Below, one piece after another: positions 1 through 10,401 of a stretch of 64,000 bases of DNA. Location of the stretch: positions 1 through 64,000 of IMG/VR virus record IMGVR_UViG_3300034198_008248. One strand, given 5' to 3'. The DNA comes from an uncultured virus (IMG/VR IMGVR_UViG_3300034198_008248) (lineage: Duplodnaviria; Heunggongvirae; Uroviricota; Caudoviricetes). Made by a program: the position numbers and the translations under genes. The notes beneath the pieces are model-generated. The model did not search any database, had not been told where the DNA came from, and saw nothing but the letters and a program-made list of their open reading frames with translations. Every line of letters begins with the position of its first letter. The stretch's first letter is position 1.

Positions 1-171
1 ATCAAAACCAAACCAGAAAACTTTACAAAGGATGAATTGTCTGGTTTGGTTGATGAAGAATTTAAAAAATTAGAGAAAATCATGGATGAATCTATCATCA
101 ATTTCAAATTTGATGTTGACTTGGCTTCCGACATTGTTCTAGATGCGAGATATGGCTACAAAGATTACTAA
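1..171 (+). CDS. C-terminal end of a gene entering from the left edge
   Basis: Frame 1 open to TAA at 169-171 (IKTKPENFTKDELSGLVDEEF...YKDY*). Confidence 0.6.
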   Translation: MKTKPENFTKDELSGLVDEEFKKLEKIMDESIINFKFDVDLASDIVLDARYGYKDY

Positions 172-306
172 ATTTATAGATAATAAGTATAAGTCAGATA
201 ATCTAACGTATTATACAGACTATCCGACAGAACCTATAACTTGTTTAGGAATAGGACCACACTGGGACTATAAGTTTGAAGGAATAACAAATCACTTACC
301 ATTATT

Positions 307-573
307 ATGACAGGTAGCGTAAAAAAAATTATAGAATCCACAGGTTTAATGATTTGTCCTGCTTGTGAAGGTGAGGGTGAATTGGATTATTTTTGTGGTC
401 ACGAATCTACTACTGGTTGTTATCATTGTTCTGGGAGAGGTGTTATTAAATCTTTAAATAAAGAGCATCACAGGAAAGTTTGTATCATTTGTAATGGTCG
501 AAGTGGTGGTTGTGGTGGATGCAACTTCGACTCAGAGGGTCTTATTAGATGGGAAAGTTTTGAATTATTATGA
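307..573 (+). CDS. Small zinc-finger protein (DnaJ-like CxxCxGxG repeats)
   Basis: CPACEGEG, CYHCSGRG, CIICNGRS. Confidence 0.65.
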   Translation: MTGSVKKIIESTGLMICPACEGEGELDYFCGHESTTGCYHCSGRGVIKSLNKEHHRKVCIICNGRSGGCGGCNFDSEGLIRWESFELL

Positions 574-1238
574 AATTGTATTTAGTGCGCCACGGAAGTT
601 CGGAGGGGAACGAGAACCCCTCTGTTTATTTTGAAAAATTGGATTGTGACATATCTATCACACTCAAGGGACAAGCTCAAGCTGTAAAATCTGGTGACAG
701 AATCATGGATTTAAATGATCATATCGTTCATAAAAACGATCCCGATTATCCATACCCTAGCAAGAACCCACCTTATAGGTTCAATATGTTTTATAGCCCA
801 TATAAAAGAGCTAGGCAAACAGCAGACATCATTCATGGACAAATCACCAATTTTGAAGGATATCATATTGAGAATTATCAGGAGATGCCTTTATTGATTG
901 AAAGAAATTGGGGATCTCTGAGAGATATTGTAGAAGCTGGTAAAAAAACAGAGGATCATTTTAATTTCTATTATAGACCAGAAGGTGGTGAGAGTTTCTT
1001 GGATGCATATCAGAGAGTAGTTTTATTTGATATGTGGATGAAGAGTAATACTAATTATGAGAATAATATTGTAGTTGCTCATGGAGAATTCAACAAATTA
1101 TATCTTATGTATATTTTAGGTTGGTCTGTTAAAGAATTCGAAAAATATAAGACTCCGAAAAACGGTGAAGTGTATTTGATTGAAGACGGTAAATTATCAT
1201 CATTAACTCCTTTAACTGAAAAATACATTAAACACTAA
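570..1238 (+). CDS. Histidine phosphatase (phosphoglycerate mutase family)
   Basis: LVRHG, SPYKRARQTA, ERNWG, GGES, VAHG motifs. Confidence 0.9.
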   Translation: MKLYLVRHGSSEGNENPSVYFEKLDCDISITLKGQAQAVKSGDRIMDLNDHIVHKNDPDYPYPSKNPPYRFNMFYSPYKRARQTADIIHGQITNFEGYHIENYQEMPLLIERNWGSLRDIVEAGKKTEDHFNFYYRPEGGESFLDAYQRVVLFDMWMKSNTNYENNIVVAHGEFNKLYLMYILGWSVKEFEKYKTPKNGEVYLIEDGKLSSLTPLTEKYIKH

Positions 1239-1252
1239 GATATCATACGGTT

Positions 1253-1372
1253 ATGAGTCAAGCTATTCGCGTAGCTAATCACTACAAAATTCCAGTATAC
1301 AATTTGTTTAATATGACAAAAGATGAGGTTTTAAAGGAGATTAATAAATTAGAATTATTATATGAAGCGTAG
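1253..1372 (+). pseudogene. Remnant resembling the C-terminus of phage DprA-like proteins
   Basis: MSQAIRVANHYKIPVYNLF, placed directly behind an AAACACTA motif. Confidence 0.4.
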
Positions 1373-1910
1373 AACTATTACAAATAGCTATTGGTGGAAA
1401 GAACAATTTTATAATATTCGAGATTGGTTTAATCCAAGACAAAAATGGTTAATCAAAAAAATCCCAAATCATTTTTGTGATAAGGTAGAGCTTATTCCCA
1501 TTATTCTTTTTGAAATACTTGTGAATTTCGTGGAAGATGAAGAAGGATTGGAGTCGATTTGGGGTGAGAGATATACAGGAGAATCTGAAGATTGGAGACT
1601 TATCAGAGAACCAATCAGAAAGGAACTAGAGGAGATTTATGACTACATTAAAAACATTAGACCACAACTCCAAAAAGAGTTGGATGTGTCATATCCTAAA
1701 CCTCTTGATGGTGGTAATTTCTTTGATCATATTGATGAAATTGATAAAGATGGGAATAAAGTATATCAAATGAGAACATGTGAACAAATTTATGGTAAAT
1801 CTTACAAGGATGCATATGCCGAAGTTCATCGTTTGGAGGCTTTGATTGAAGAGAAAGATACATGGGCTATGATGGGTATCGTTAGACTTAGACAATCACT
1901 TTGGACTTGA
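1362..1910 (+). CDS. Hypothetical phage protein
   Basis: 182-aa ORF in the co-oriented run. Confidence 0.75.
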   Translation: MKRRTITNSYWWKEQFYNIRDWFNPRQKWLIKKIPNHFCDKVELIPIILFEILVNFVEDEEGLESIWGERYTGESEDWRLIREPIRKELEEIYDYIKNIRPQLQKELDVSYPKPLDGGNFFDHIDEIDKDGNKVYQMRTCEQIYGKSYKDAYAEVHRLEALIEEKDTWAMMGIVRLRQSLWT

Positions 1911-1935
1911 TTAAACACTAGATTACAATTTAGAC

Positions 1936-2397
1936 ATGTTAAAGGCGTCTGGAGTTATAAATGTTCAACCACACAAAGGTCGTATGGTTCTTGATGTTTC
2001 TCAAGATCTTGTTGAGCTTTATTATTGGTTTATTCAGCGTAAGTATTGGATCAGAATGAACAGACCAATGCACGGGGCTCATATCACTTTATATTCTCAA
2101 AAATTTAACAAGAAAATCAACTGGGAGAAAGCTATGTATTATCGTGGTAAAACTATCGAGTTTGATTATGATGAGAACATTGTTGAAGGTGGTTATACCA
2201 AGGGATTCTTAATGTATTACCTTAGAGTGTATTCGCAAGAACTAGATAAGATCAAGAAGAAGGTTGAAGTTGTAGATGGTGAAAGATTTAAAGGAATTCA
2301 TTTGACTATAGCGAATGGAAAATTTAATTCAGCTTATCCCAGTTGGCCAAAAACTATCGAAATTAGAGAAAAAAATGCTACCACAATGACTAAATAG
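1936..2397 (+). CDS. 2H phosphoesterase family protein
   Basis: Two HxT motifs (AHITL, IHLTI); AAACACTA motif upstream. Confidence 0.65.
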   Translation: MLKASGVINVQPHKGRMVLDVSQDLVELYYWFIQRKYWIRMNRPMHGAHITLYSQKFNKKINWEKAMYYRGKTIEFDYDENIVEGGYTKGFLMYYLRVYSQELDKIKKKVEVVDGERFKGIHLTIANGKFNSAYPSWPKTIEIREKNATTMTK

Positions 2398-2401
2398 TAT
2401 T

Positions 2402-3379
2402 GTGGTATACACATTACAAGATAGGAAAAGTTGGCCAGTTACTACAGGCGTATATAAATTAACATTTATTAATTCAACATCTAATAAAGTTTATATAGGA
2501 AGTTCTGCGAGTATTCGGAAAGGTAGTTATTACGGAATTAGAACTAGATGGGGTAAACACGCTGATTTACTTAAATTGGGAATACATTATTCGAAAAAAT
2601 TACAATATGCTTATAATAAGTATGGCGGAGAAAATCTTACATTCGAAATCATAGATTCTTGCGATGGTGGGAATATAATAGAGATGGAGACGTTTTATAT
2701 TACCAAATACGATAGTTGTAATAATGGTTACAATTCTAGACCCACCGCAGAAAGTAATGTCGGTTATAAAGTCTCCAAGTCTATCATAGAAAAGACAAAT
2801 ATAACAAAAAGAAAGAAAAGGGAACCTTACGAAATCGATGTTCTTAAGCTTTATAAAGAAACCAAAAATGCTTTGGGTGTTTCGAGGGAATTGGGATTGA
2901 GTCATAGTGTAGTTTTAAAAATTTTAAAAGACTACAATATAATTCCAAAAAATGGAGATTATAGGCGGAAAAATGTATACGCATACATGTTGGATGGGTG
3001 TTTTGTGGGAATATGGAAAGATGCTAGGAGTTGTGCTGATGCACTAAATCTTAAAAGTATTTGTAGTATATCTCATGTTGCTATGGGTAAGAATATTTCA
3101 TATAAAGGATATTTCTTTTCATATGAAAAGAAAACCAAAAGAGAGATAGTTGATTATATAAAAACTAGAATATGTGAAAGTAGACAAAAAATGAGCAATC
3201 CAGATAAGTTGATACTTCGCAACATTGGTCAATATGATATGTCAGGGAACTTGATAAAGGTTTGGGAAACTTCAACAGAAATTAAAAAATATTTTAATAT
3301 GTTCAATTTTTCTCCAATATCAGCGGTTTTTGCTGGAACAAAAAAACATTACAAAGGTTTCCTTTGGAAAAAAGAATAA
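2402..3379 (+). mobile_element. Free-standing GIY-YIG homing endonuclease with NUMOD1-like repeats
   Basis: GVYKLTF...VYIGSS, RWGKH, NGYN; TAAATA upstream of GTG start. Confidence 0.9.
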
Positions 3380-3425
3380 CGGATCAGTATTTCCAGATTG
3401 GCCAAAAACCATAGAATTGCGATAA
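3378..3425 (+). pseudogene. Orphan duplicate of the 3' end of the 2H phosphoesterase gene
   Basis: NGSVFPDWPKTIELR* versus NSAYPSWPKTIEIRE in 1936..2397. Confidence 0.8.
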
Positions 3426-3426
3426 T

Positions 3427-3600
3427 ATGACAGATAAAAAGACTTTACCAGATTTTTCTGAAATAGCGAAAGATATCAGATATTTAGAAGCTGAATCCTT
3501 TTGGATAGCATATTATCAACCTTTAGGTATATCTGTTATAGGTAAAACCAAAGAAGACTCAACGAACGGTTTAGAAAAGGCATATAATTCACATAAATGA
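3427..3600 (+). CDS. Small protein, possibly HicB-like fold
   Basis: 57 aa; WIAYYQPLGISVIGKTKEDS. Confidence 0.45.
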   Translation: MTDKKTLPDFSEIAKDIRYLEAESFWIAYYQPLGISVIGKTKEDSTNGLEKAYNSHK

Positions 3601-3902
3601 AAATAATCAAGACTAAGGTAACTACAATTGAATTCGACCCCGAAGAGGAGAGAAATAGAATCCGTAGAATCTTTAAGAAAAAGAAGTATCGGGATGCGTT
3701 GATTAAAGTCATCGATGTCTTTGAAAAGGATGGATTAGATGCCGCATACGAAGCTTATGATGAGCTTCCATACAATGAAGAAGACGAATACCCTCTTCAA
3801 GAATCTATGGGTATCTGGTGGTTCAATATACATGGTGATTTGTTGTATAATAAAAAGGCTAAAGTGACCGAGGAAACTAAAATAGAAATTATTAAACACT
3901 AG
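3597..3902 (+). CDS. Hypothetical protein
   Basis: ORF whose end (KH*) overlaps the next motif. Confidence 0.7.
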   Translation: MKIIKTKVTTIEFDPEEERNRIRRIFKKKKYRDALIKVIDVFEKDGLDAAYEAYDELPYNEEDEYPLQESMGIWWFNIHGDLLYNKKAKVTEETKIEIIKH

Positions 3903-3916
3903 AGTATAATAAAATT

Positions 3917-4204
3917 ATGTCAAAAAGAGAATGTTGGAATGAGTATCCTATAGAAGAGATTGAAAAATGGAATACAAGAGAATTGATGTCTTATTTTGAG
4001 ACTATCCGTGCCTATAAAACAAAGGCGGAAGGTGTTGCAGAGGATAGACGATATCTTTTAGAAGAAGCAGAAATTTCTTTACAACTCTATAGTAATTATT
4101 TTGATAGATTGAAAGAAGTCTTATCAACCAGAGAACATATTCCAAATAAGCAAGAAGCTAAGTTGATTAGGCAAGAGAAAGCAAAAGCTAAAAGGAATCG
4201 ATAA
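3917..4204 (+). CDS. Hypothetical phage protein
   Basis: Motif upstream; LSTREHIPNKQEAK. Confidence 0.75.
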   Translation: MSKRECWNEYPIEEIEKWNTRELMSYFETIRAYKTKAEGVAEDRRYLLEEAEISLQLYSNYFDRLKEVLSTREHIPNKQEAKLIRQEKAKAKRNR

Positions 4205-4205
4205 T

Positions 4206-4607
4206 ATGAAACAAAGAAATTTAATTGTACTTCGGGGTGTATCTGGAGCGGGTAAGACTACTTTTTGTAATCTTTTTCCTGATGCCTTAGTATGCTGTGC
4301 TGATGATTACTTCACTGATAAGGGAGGTAATTATAAGTGGTATCCCGAGGGTCTTGGGAAAGCTCATGGATATTGTTGGAACAAATTTGTTGATGCTTTG
4401 GGAACCGATAAGGATATCATCATCGCTAATGTAAATGCTAAACCCTCTGATTGGAACAAGTATGTGAAACAAGCTGAAGATCTTGGGTTCATTGTGACCT
4501 TTATTGTGCTTGAAAATAGGCACGGTGGTAGGGATGTACACTCGGTACCAGAGGAAACTCTGAAACGCCAAGAGAAAACCATTAGAGAAAATCTTAAACT
4601 ACGATAA
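4206..4607 (+). CDS. P-loop kinase (AAA_33 / polynucleotide kinase-like)
   Basis: LRGVSGAGKTT, ADDYF, HSVPEETL. Confidence 0.85.
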   Translation: MKQRNLIVLRGVSGAGKTTFCNLFPDALVCCADDYFTDKGGNYKWYPEGLGKAHGYCWNKFVDALGTDKDIIIANVNAKPSDWNKYVKQAEDLGFIVTFIVLENRHGGRDVHSVPEETLKRQEKTIRENLKLR

Positions 4608-4609
4608 GT

Positions 4610-5041
4610 ATGGCTAAATCTAAATATCCAAAGTGGTTTCGTGCTACTTGGCCGCCTAAATTACTCACACAAAAACCGAATAAAACTATCCCAGCATATA
4701 GTGAATTATCTAAGGTTAGAGTGAGTGATGGAGACGAATTGATCTTTGAAGAAGGTAGACGATATAAACTGTCTTTAGATCACGATTATGGGTGTTGTTA
4801 TTATCCATCAGATATTCCATCTATCGAAGCATATTTGATCGAATTTTCAGAAGAGGATATCGAGAATCCAAACTATAAATCTGAATTAAGAAAATATAAT
4901 AAAGATAAGAAAAAACATTCCGAAGAGTTGAAAGAGTGGAAGAAATGGAAAGATATCTGGGATAAAGAAGAAGCGGCTGCACAAGAAGCAGCAGAACGTA
5001 AAAAATTAGAAGAATTGAAGGCTAAGTATGAAAAACAATAA
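4610..5041 (+). CDS. Hypothetical protein
   Basis: ORF in co-oriented run. Confidence 0.7.
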   Translation: MAKSKYPKWFRATWPPKLLTQKPNKTIPAYSELSKVRVSDGDELIFEEGRRYKLSLDHDYGCCYYPSDIPSIEAYLIEFSEEDIENPNYKSELRKYNKDKKKHSEELKEWKKWKDIWDKEEAAAQEAAERKKLEELKAKYEKQ

Positions 5042-5750
5042 ACTCGGGAACTATATTCAACTAACAAATTATCCTCTGGAATATTTTCAACCACTCTTCT
5101 CTGAAGAGAGATGGGAAGAGATTCTTAAAGTCGTTAATAATTGGATTAATCCAGAGTTGAAGGATGGGGTAAAGTATAAAAATATCGCATTCAATCCTGA
5201 AACACAATCATCTTTTATTGCACAAGATGGTATTGATAAAGTTCCCAAATATACAATGGAATATTGGCAAAAACAAGTTCTTGAGAAATATCTATCACAA
5301 GAAGAGGTTAAAATGTGTAATTCCAAGGCTATGAATGCCTATTGTGAGGCTAGGGATAAGAGAATCTATGATAGTGCTATAAAGGTAGATGAAGCCGATT
5401 ATTGGCAACCTGTCTTTGATGGGGACACTTTCTATTATGGTGGTGTAGATGATCTTAGAGATTGTTGGGATTATGATTATCCTCTTCCAGAGTATGTAAT
5501 GGGATCTACTAAACATTACACTATCAATGGTTGTGATTTAGATGAAATGATTTCAAGGCATTTTGAGAATATCGGTGAAATTGGCGAAGATTACCCAAAA
5601 ATTCCCAATACACCAGATTATTTACAAGAAGCATGGAACAGATTTGTTGACGAAAATGCTCAAGAGTATTATTGGGTAGATAATAAAACGGTGGTGTTAC
5701 TTGATAAAACACTAAACCATAATGCTGAGTATGAAGCTACCAACGACTGA
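5028..5750 (+). CDS. Hypothetical protein
   Basis: 240-aa ORF. Confidence 0.7.
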   Translation: MKNNKLGNYIQLTNYPLEYFQPLFSEERWEEILKVVNNWINPELKDGVKYKNIAFNPETQSSFIAQDGIDKVPKYTMEYWQKQVLEKYLSQEEVKMCNSKAMNAYCEARDKRIYDSAIKVDEADYWQPVFDGDTFYYGGVDDLRDCWDYDYPLPEYVMGSTKHYTINGCDLDEMISRHFENIGEIGEDYPKIPNTPDYLQEAWNRFVDENAQEYYWVDNKTVVLLDKTLNHNAEYEATND

Positions 5751-6801
5751 AGAATTCACTTACAAAGACTGTGTTATCGCAGGAGATGATTGCTGGCTTA
5801 TCACCCCGAACCATATTGGTTGTAAGTGGACTGATGAAAATGCACGATTTCGTTCATGCATCGTTCGTAAGTCAGATAATAAGGTTCTTTCTCAATCGTT
5901 GCCTAAATTTAAAAATTGGCATGAAGATCCTGAATTTCAATCATGGGATCATTCTTGGCCCGTTCAAGCATTGCATAAGATTGATGGATCGACAATTATA
6001 TTTTCATGTCACAATAATCAAATGATTTTGAGAACAAGAGGAGTTGAATCGGTTTTTACTCAAGAAACGGGTCCAGAAGTCCATAAGTTGATCGAATTTT
6101 ATCCAGATATTAAGAACTTCGTTAGAGATGGTAAACATTCTGTAATCTTTGAACACACTGGACCAAGTAGGATTATTGTTTTGAGAGAACACAATATACC
6201 AACATTAACATTACTAGCAATCGTAGATAATGAGACTGCTATAATGTTTCCACAGGACGAGGTTGATTCATATGCTCAGAAATGGAATATATCTCGACCA
6301 AAAAGATATCACTACAAAACAGTGGAAGAGTGTATTATGGATATTAAAGTGTGGGAACACGCGGAGGGTGTAGTTTTATATTCACCAGATGGAAATACAC
6401 TTAAGAAGATTAAAGCGGACTTATATTTATCTCTACATTCACTCGCTACTGGTATCAAGAATATTAACCAAGTTCTCGATTTGTTTATGACTACTGAGAA
6501 GTTTACAAAATATGAGGATTTTTATAATTTTGTAAAATTCACTATGGATTTTGAGATAGCTGAGAAAATCAAAGATGATATGTTCAAGATCGTTACTGCT
6601 TACAATAAAGTCTTAGAAAAGATGAAGAAGGTTGATCATGTCATCGATGGTATCAGAGGTGATTCATTCACTCGAAAGGATCAAGCTATGTGTATCATGC
6701 AACACTGGCAAGATTGGCGGGAATCCTACGGGTTCGTTACCCTAGACAACAAGGTAGTGGAAGATAAGCTTATCAAATCTGCAATAGAATCAGAATTATA
6801 A
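5731..6801 (+). CDS. RNA ligase (T4 Rnl1-like)
   Basis: KIDGS adenylation motif, PKFKNW, IFE, EGVV, KIK; start moved to the ATG 7 nt after the motif -10. Confidence 0.85.
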   Translation: MKLPTTEEFTYKDCVIAGDDCWLITPNHIGCKWTDENARFRSCIVRKSDNKVLSQSLPKFKNWHEDPEFQSWDHSWPVQALHKIDGSTIIFSCHNNQMILRTRGVESVFTQETGPEVHKLIEFYPDIKNFVRDGKHSVIFEHTGPSRIIVLREHNIPTLTLLAIVDNETAIMFPQDEVDSYAQKWNISRPKRYHYKTVEECIMDIKVWEHAEGVVLYSPDGNTLKKIKADLYLSLHSLATGIKNINQVLDLFMTTEKFTKYEDFYNFVKFTMDFEIAEKIKDDMFKIVTAYNKVLEKMKKVDHVIDGIRGDSFTRKDQAMCIMQHWQDWRESYGFVTLDNKVVEDKLIKSAIESEL

Positions 6802-6823
6802 AACACTAAGATATAATACGAGT

Positions 6824-7060
6824 ATGTTCATACAAGATTTAGAAGATTTGAGAGATGTTGTTGATAGTATATCCAATAATTACAATTATATTGAAACATC
6901 TGGTATGTGGGATTTAACAAATACTTGTATATTTTGTCGAAATCGTAGTATGAATTCTATTAGTGATATTAAACATGATGAGAATTGTGTAAGCAAAAGA
7001 CTTATTCATTTATATGATAGTTTGTCGGATGAAATTTATAAAATGGAGGGAGAAAATTGA
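6824..7060 (+). CDS. Hypothetical protein
   Basis: Motif upstream; CxxC...HxxxC. Confidence 0.65.
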   Translation: MFIQDLEDLRDVVDSISNNYNYIETSGMWDLTNTCIFCRNRSMNSISDIKHDENCVSKRLIHLYDSLSDEIYKMEGEN

Positions 7061-7062
7061 TT

Positions 7063-7206
7063 ATGATGGTTAAGAACACAATCCTAGAATTAGGAGCAAC
7101 TTCTAAGAAGGATATGGGTAAAGTAATCAAACGAGTGCAGGAGTTGTCCGAAGGTCGCGTGGACAATAAGACTATCTCAAGCACAGTGGGTTTATTTTTA
7201 CCTTGA
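7063..7206 (+). pseudogene. GatB/YqeY-domain C-terminal fragment
   Basis: ELGATSKKDMGKVIKRVQELSEGRVDNKTIS. Confidence 0.65.
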
Positions 7207-7238
7207 CTTCACCTTTGGGTGTGTTACCATTTGTGGGT

Positions 7239-7475
7239 ATGAAAAAAAATACCTTATGTATATCTCCCTCATGTGGACCATGTTCGATGCTTAAATCTAA
7301 GCTATCCAAACTTGGTCTAGAGGTAGAGGTGAAGGATTATAGCTTGGCTGGGGACAGGGATTTTTTCACTAAACATGAAATTAGATCTGTCCCTCGCTTA
7401 GTTGTTGAGGATGGAGAAAACGTTACAATCATTCAAGGGATTGACGAAATCATTAAAGAAATAGAGAATGTATAA
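7239..7475 (+). CDS. Glutaredoxin-like protein
   Basis: CGPC, RSVP; sigma70-like TTGACT...TACCAT upstream. Confidence 0.85.
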   Translation: MKKNTLCISPSCGPCSMLKSKLSKLGLEVEVKDYSLAGDRDFFTKHEIRSVPRLVVEDGENVTIIQGIDEIIKEIENV

Positions 7476-8127
7476 GATACTAAAATACAAATACGAAAAT
7501 CGAAACGATCATTTCTGGTCTACAGATTTTCATAATTATCATGATCCAAGTTGGCCAGTTCCTATTTGGAAGATGAGGGGTTACAACTCACCAGAAGAAT
7601 CTTATAATGATGTCAGAGAGAAGATCAATGCTAAGGTTGGAGAGAATCAAATCTTATGGATTCTTGGAGATAGCTTTCTGTCGGCTACCGATGGAGAAGT
7701 GATTGGTTGGTTGAATAGCATCAAGTGTCAAAATATCATGATGCTTTTCGGTAATCATGAATCACAAATGTATCGTCTCTATAAGCAAGAAATGATCAAA
7801 CAATTCGGAAGAGATGATATTGAAATTTATCCTCTTCGCATGAATAATGTAGTATTTCTTGGTAATCATCAAGAAATCTGGATTGGTAAACAGCAGATTA
7901 TCATGAATCATTTTCCATTGAGGATATGGGTAGGAGACGCTAGAGGCTCATGGATGCTGTCTGGTCATTCTCATATGCAAGATAAAGGACGTAGACCAGA
8001 ATCAGCAGATCAAAAAGGATTGGATCTTGGTTGGGATTATAAGAATGATGTTTGGACGTATTCAGAGATTGAAGATGTGATGTCTACAAAATCGATACGC
8101 ATCCTTGACCACAATAGGACACACTAA
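7468..8127 (+). CDS. Calcineurin-like metallophosphoesterase
   Basis: TDFH, LGD, GNHE, HFP, GHSH. Confidence 0.9.
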   Translation: MYKILKYKYENRNDHFWSTDFHNYHDPSWPVPIWKMRGYNSPEESYNDVREKINAKVGENQILWILGDSFLSATDGEVIGWLNSIKCQNIMMLFGNHESQMYRLYKQEMIKQFGRDDIEIYPLRMNNVVFLGNHQEIWIGKQQIIMNHFPLRIWVGDARGSWMLSGHSHMQDKGRRPESADQKGLDLGWDYKNDVWTYSEIEDVMSTKSIRILDHNRTH

Positions 8128-8384
8128 TGCTTCAAGAAGATTACGAGCAGAAATATAAAGAACTTCTCAAAAAGAAGCTCGATATAGAAAAAAGTATCGA
8201 CTCCTTTGAGTTAGTTTATCCTCCAATAGACTATAAAAAGGAAGTAGACAATCTAATTGAAGAAATAGAAGATCTACAGGATGAGATAGCTATTGATGAA
8301 TTTTTGGAATCCCCACAAAAATCATTCTGGGTTATTGACTCCAGCGGAAGGCGTGTTAGAATCAGGTCTTCTGAGAATTTATGA
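8127..8384 (+). CDS. Hypothetical coiled-coil protein
   Basis: DEIAIDEFLE, similar to next ORF. Confidence 0.65.
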   Translation: MLQEDYEQKYKELLKKKLDIEKSIDSFELVYPPIDYKKEVDNLIEEIEDLQDEIAIDEFLESPQKSFWVIDSSGRRVRIRSSENL

Positions 8385-8605
8385 AAGAAGTAGCGGAAAA
8401 AGCGGAAATGTTGTTCAATAAAATTGATAAACATGTAGATGAAGTGAATAAAGTAAAAGACCAAAACCCGGATCAGGTGGTCTTGGATGAGTTATTGAAA
8501 GAAAATCATAAACTAAAACAAAAATTATCTGATTTAGATGATATGGTTGCTGTCGAAGATTTTCTTGAAAATGGTCCGGGAAGAACAAGAGACGTAGAAT
8601 TATGA
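8381..8605 (+). CDS. Hypothetical coiled-coil protein
   Basis: DDMVAVEDFLE, similar to previous ORF. Confidence 0.65.
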   Translation: MKEVAEKAEMLFNKIDKHVDEVNKVKDQNPDQVVLDELLKENHKLKQKLSDLDDMVAVEDFLENGPGRTRDVEL

Positions 8606-8865
8606 AAAGACAAACAATAAAGACAAATAATACAATGAAAAGAAGCAACCGTAAGGATAAGGTTTGGATGCGAAATCCAGATCAACTCAAGACACGTAAA
8701 CTGTATAATATTACAGTGGAACGAAACCCAGACTCAAGTTTTCGATTGGTTGGTGGTATGAATAGAGTTCTAATCCGTAAGAATCAGCATTTGGCTGAGT
8801 GGGTTAATGTAGATACTCGTGATCTATGTATTGAGCTTAGGAATTCTAAGTTTCATAGTTTCTAA
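8602..8865 (+). CDS. Hypothetical basic protein
   Basis: ORF followed by hairpin GGGGTGAATCTAT/ATAGATTCACCCC. Confidence 0.65.
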   Translation: MKRQTIKTNNTMKRSNRKDKVWMRNPDQLKTRKLYNITVERNPDSSFRLVGGMNRVLIRKNQHLAEWVNVDTRDLCIELRNSKFHSF

Positions 8866-8916
8866 TTTTAGGAGGGGTGAATCTATAATCAATAGATTCA
8901 CCCCATATACCCATCC

Positions 8917-9246
8917 ATGAAAAACTTTGATATTTTAAATGTTAAGAAATCTCATTTTATTGATGGGTGGGCTAATTTTGATGCTGTCGATTATTATCAT
9001 TTAAGTGAATCGTGTGGAGAAGGATGTAACCTTCAACTAGAACCAAATACCAGTAAAATAACGGTGATGTTATATGAACATCCTGAATTAATGTGCTTCG
9101 GTAAAGTATCAGAAAACGGTGAGATTGTTCTTCAAGGTATAACAGGATTCCCTAATGATAATGTATGTGTGAAGTATCTAAGAGATATATCAGAAACAGC
9201 AAAGAAGAGGAAAATAACAAACAATTACGCTTACATAGAATTTTGA
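8917..9246 (+). CDS. Hypothetical protein
   Basis: ORF. Confidence 0.65.
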   Translation: MKNFDILNVKKSHFIDGWANFDAVDYYHLSESCGEGCNLQLEPNTSKITVMLYEHPELMCFGKVSENGEIVLQGITGFPNDNVCVKYLRDISETAKKRKITNNYAYIEF

Positions 9247-9271
9247 TAAAACACTAAGCTATAATATCAAT

Positions 9272-9964
9272 ATGCGCCCCGATAAACATAAGAAGAAAGA
9301 CTTTTTGAAAGGTGATCAATCGCGCTATGATTTCGATATGATCAAAAAGAATCCTAAAATTCATCAGATCAAAGATGAAGACCGATTGGATGAACTTCCA
9401 TCTAAAGGAAAGAGTAACTTGGTTTATCGGGGTAAATATTTTTCTAATGCATTTGATCGATTTCTTCGAATGAATCTTGGAAAAAAATGGGATGATGTCT
9501 ATTCCGAAATTGTTAAGAAGGTTGGACATGAGGAGAGTATGAAGTGGAAGGTTGAACTCCATACTTTCGAACAGGATGGTAAGATTTATTCTAATGGTTT
9601 TTGGGGGGCTCAAGAAGTGAGTGGATTTTATGTTCATAATGGTATTCTTTGTGAGCGTAGTAAATCTAGATGGTTTTCGGGTAGAATCAGAGATCCAAAG
9701 ACTCGCGTGACTTTCAATGAGGGATTTGTTGTCTTCAAAGATAAAGGATTATTTTTCAAAGCATCAACCGATATGGGTATTGATACTTGGTGGGAACTTG
9801 ATGGAAAATATAGTCCCTTTAAAAGAGGTTATAATTATATCAAGTATACCATTAAAGAGAATAATAAAAATGTGAAGCGTTTCATTGATGCGAAGCATAT
9901 TCGTTCTCTCAATGAAAAGGAACTTAAGAATTGGAAACTACCAGATACAGAAATTAATGATTGA
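9272..9964 (+). CDS. Hypothetical phage protein
   Basis: Motif upstream; RFLRMNLGKKWDDVYSEI. Confidence 0.75.
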   Translation: MRPDKHKKKDFLKGDQSRYDFDMIKKNPKIHQIKDEDRLDELPSKGKSNLVYRGKYFSNAFDRFLRMNLGKKWDDVYSEIVKKVGHEESMKWKVELHTFEQDGKIYSNGFWGAQEVSGFYVHNGILCERSKSRWFSGRIRDPKTRVTFNEGFVVFKDKGLFFKASTDMGIDTWWELDGKYSPFKRGYNYIKYTIKENNKNVKRFIDAKHIRSLNEKELKNWKLPDTEIND

Positions 9965-10160
9965 TATACGAACCAAATTATTACCAATAGATGTAGATTG
10001 GACAATGGATATGGTTGATGATATATCAGGTGTGATATTAAGAAACAAAAAACAAGTTACAGATATCGGAGTCACACCATTAGCAATCGAAGTAGTTTCT
10101 ATTGTTCAAAAACATTTAGATAAAAATGATTATGAGCTTAGGATAAAAGCTGATGATTAA
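9957..10160 (+). CDS. Hypothetical protein
   Basis: ATG overlaps previous gene end. Confidence 0.55.
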   Translation: MIDIRTKLLPIDVDWTMDMVDDISGVILRNKKQVTDIGVTPLAIEVVSIVQKHLDKNDYELRIKADD

Positions 10161-10181
10161 ACACTAAAATATTATATTGTC

Positions 10182-10400
10182 ATGGAAACGATGAGAACAC
10201 CAGATGGGGAATACAAACCAATATTTCAAGCATTGAATGAGTGGTATGCTTTATTTGAGCCTATGGAATCTTTAGGGTTTGTAGTCCATGCTTATGATCC
10301 CGGTGTATCATTTCATTCGAAAGAATGCAAAGGTAATCTCTCAACATTTTGTATTTCAGTATCAGATTTGAAAATCATCAACGAAGCTATTAAACGATAA
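10182..10400 (+). CDS. Hypothetical protein
   Basis: Motif upstream. Confidence 0.7.
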   Translation: METMRTPDGEYKPIFQALNEWYALFEPMESLGFVVHAYDPGVSFHSKECKGNLSTFCISVSDLKIINEAIKR

Positions 10401-10401
10401 T

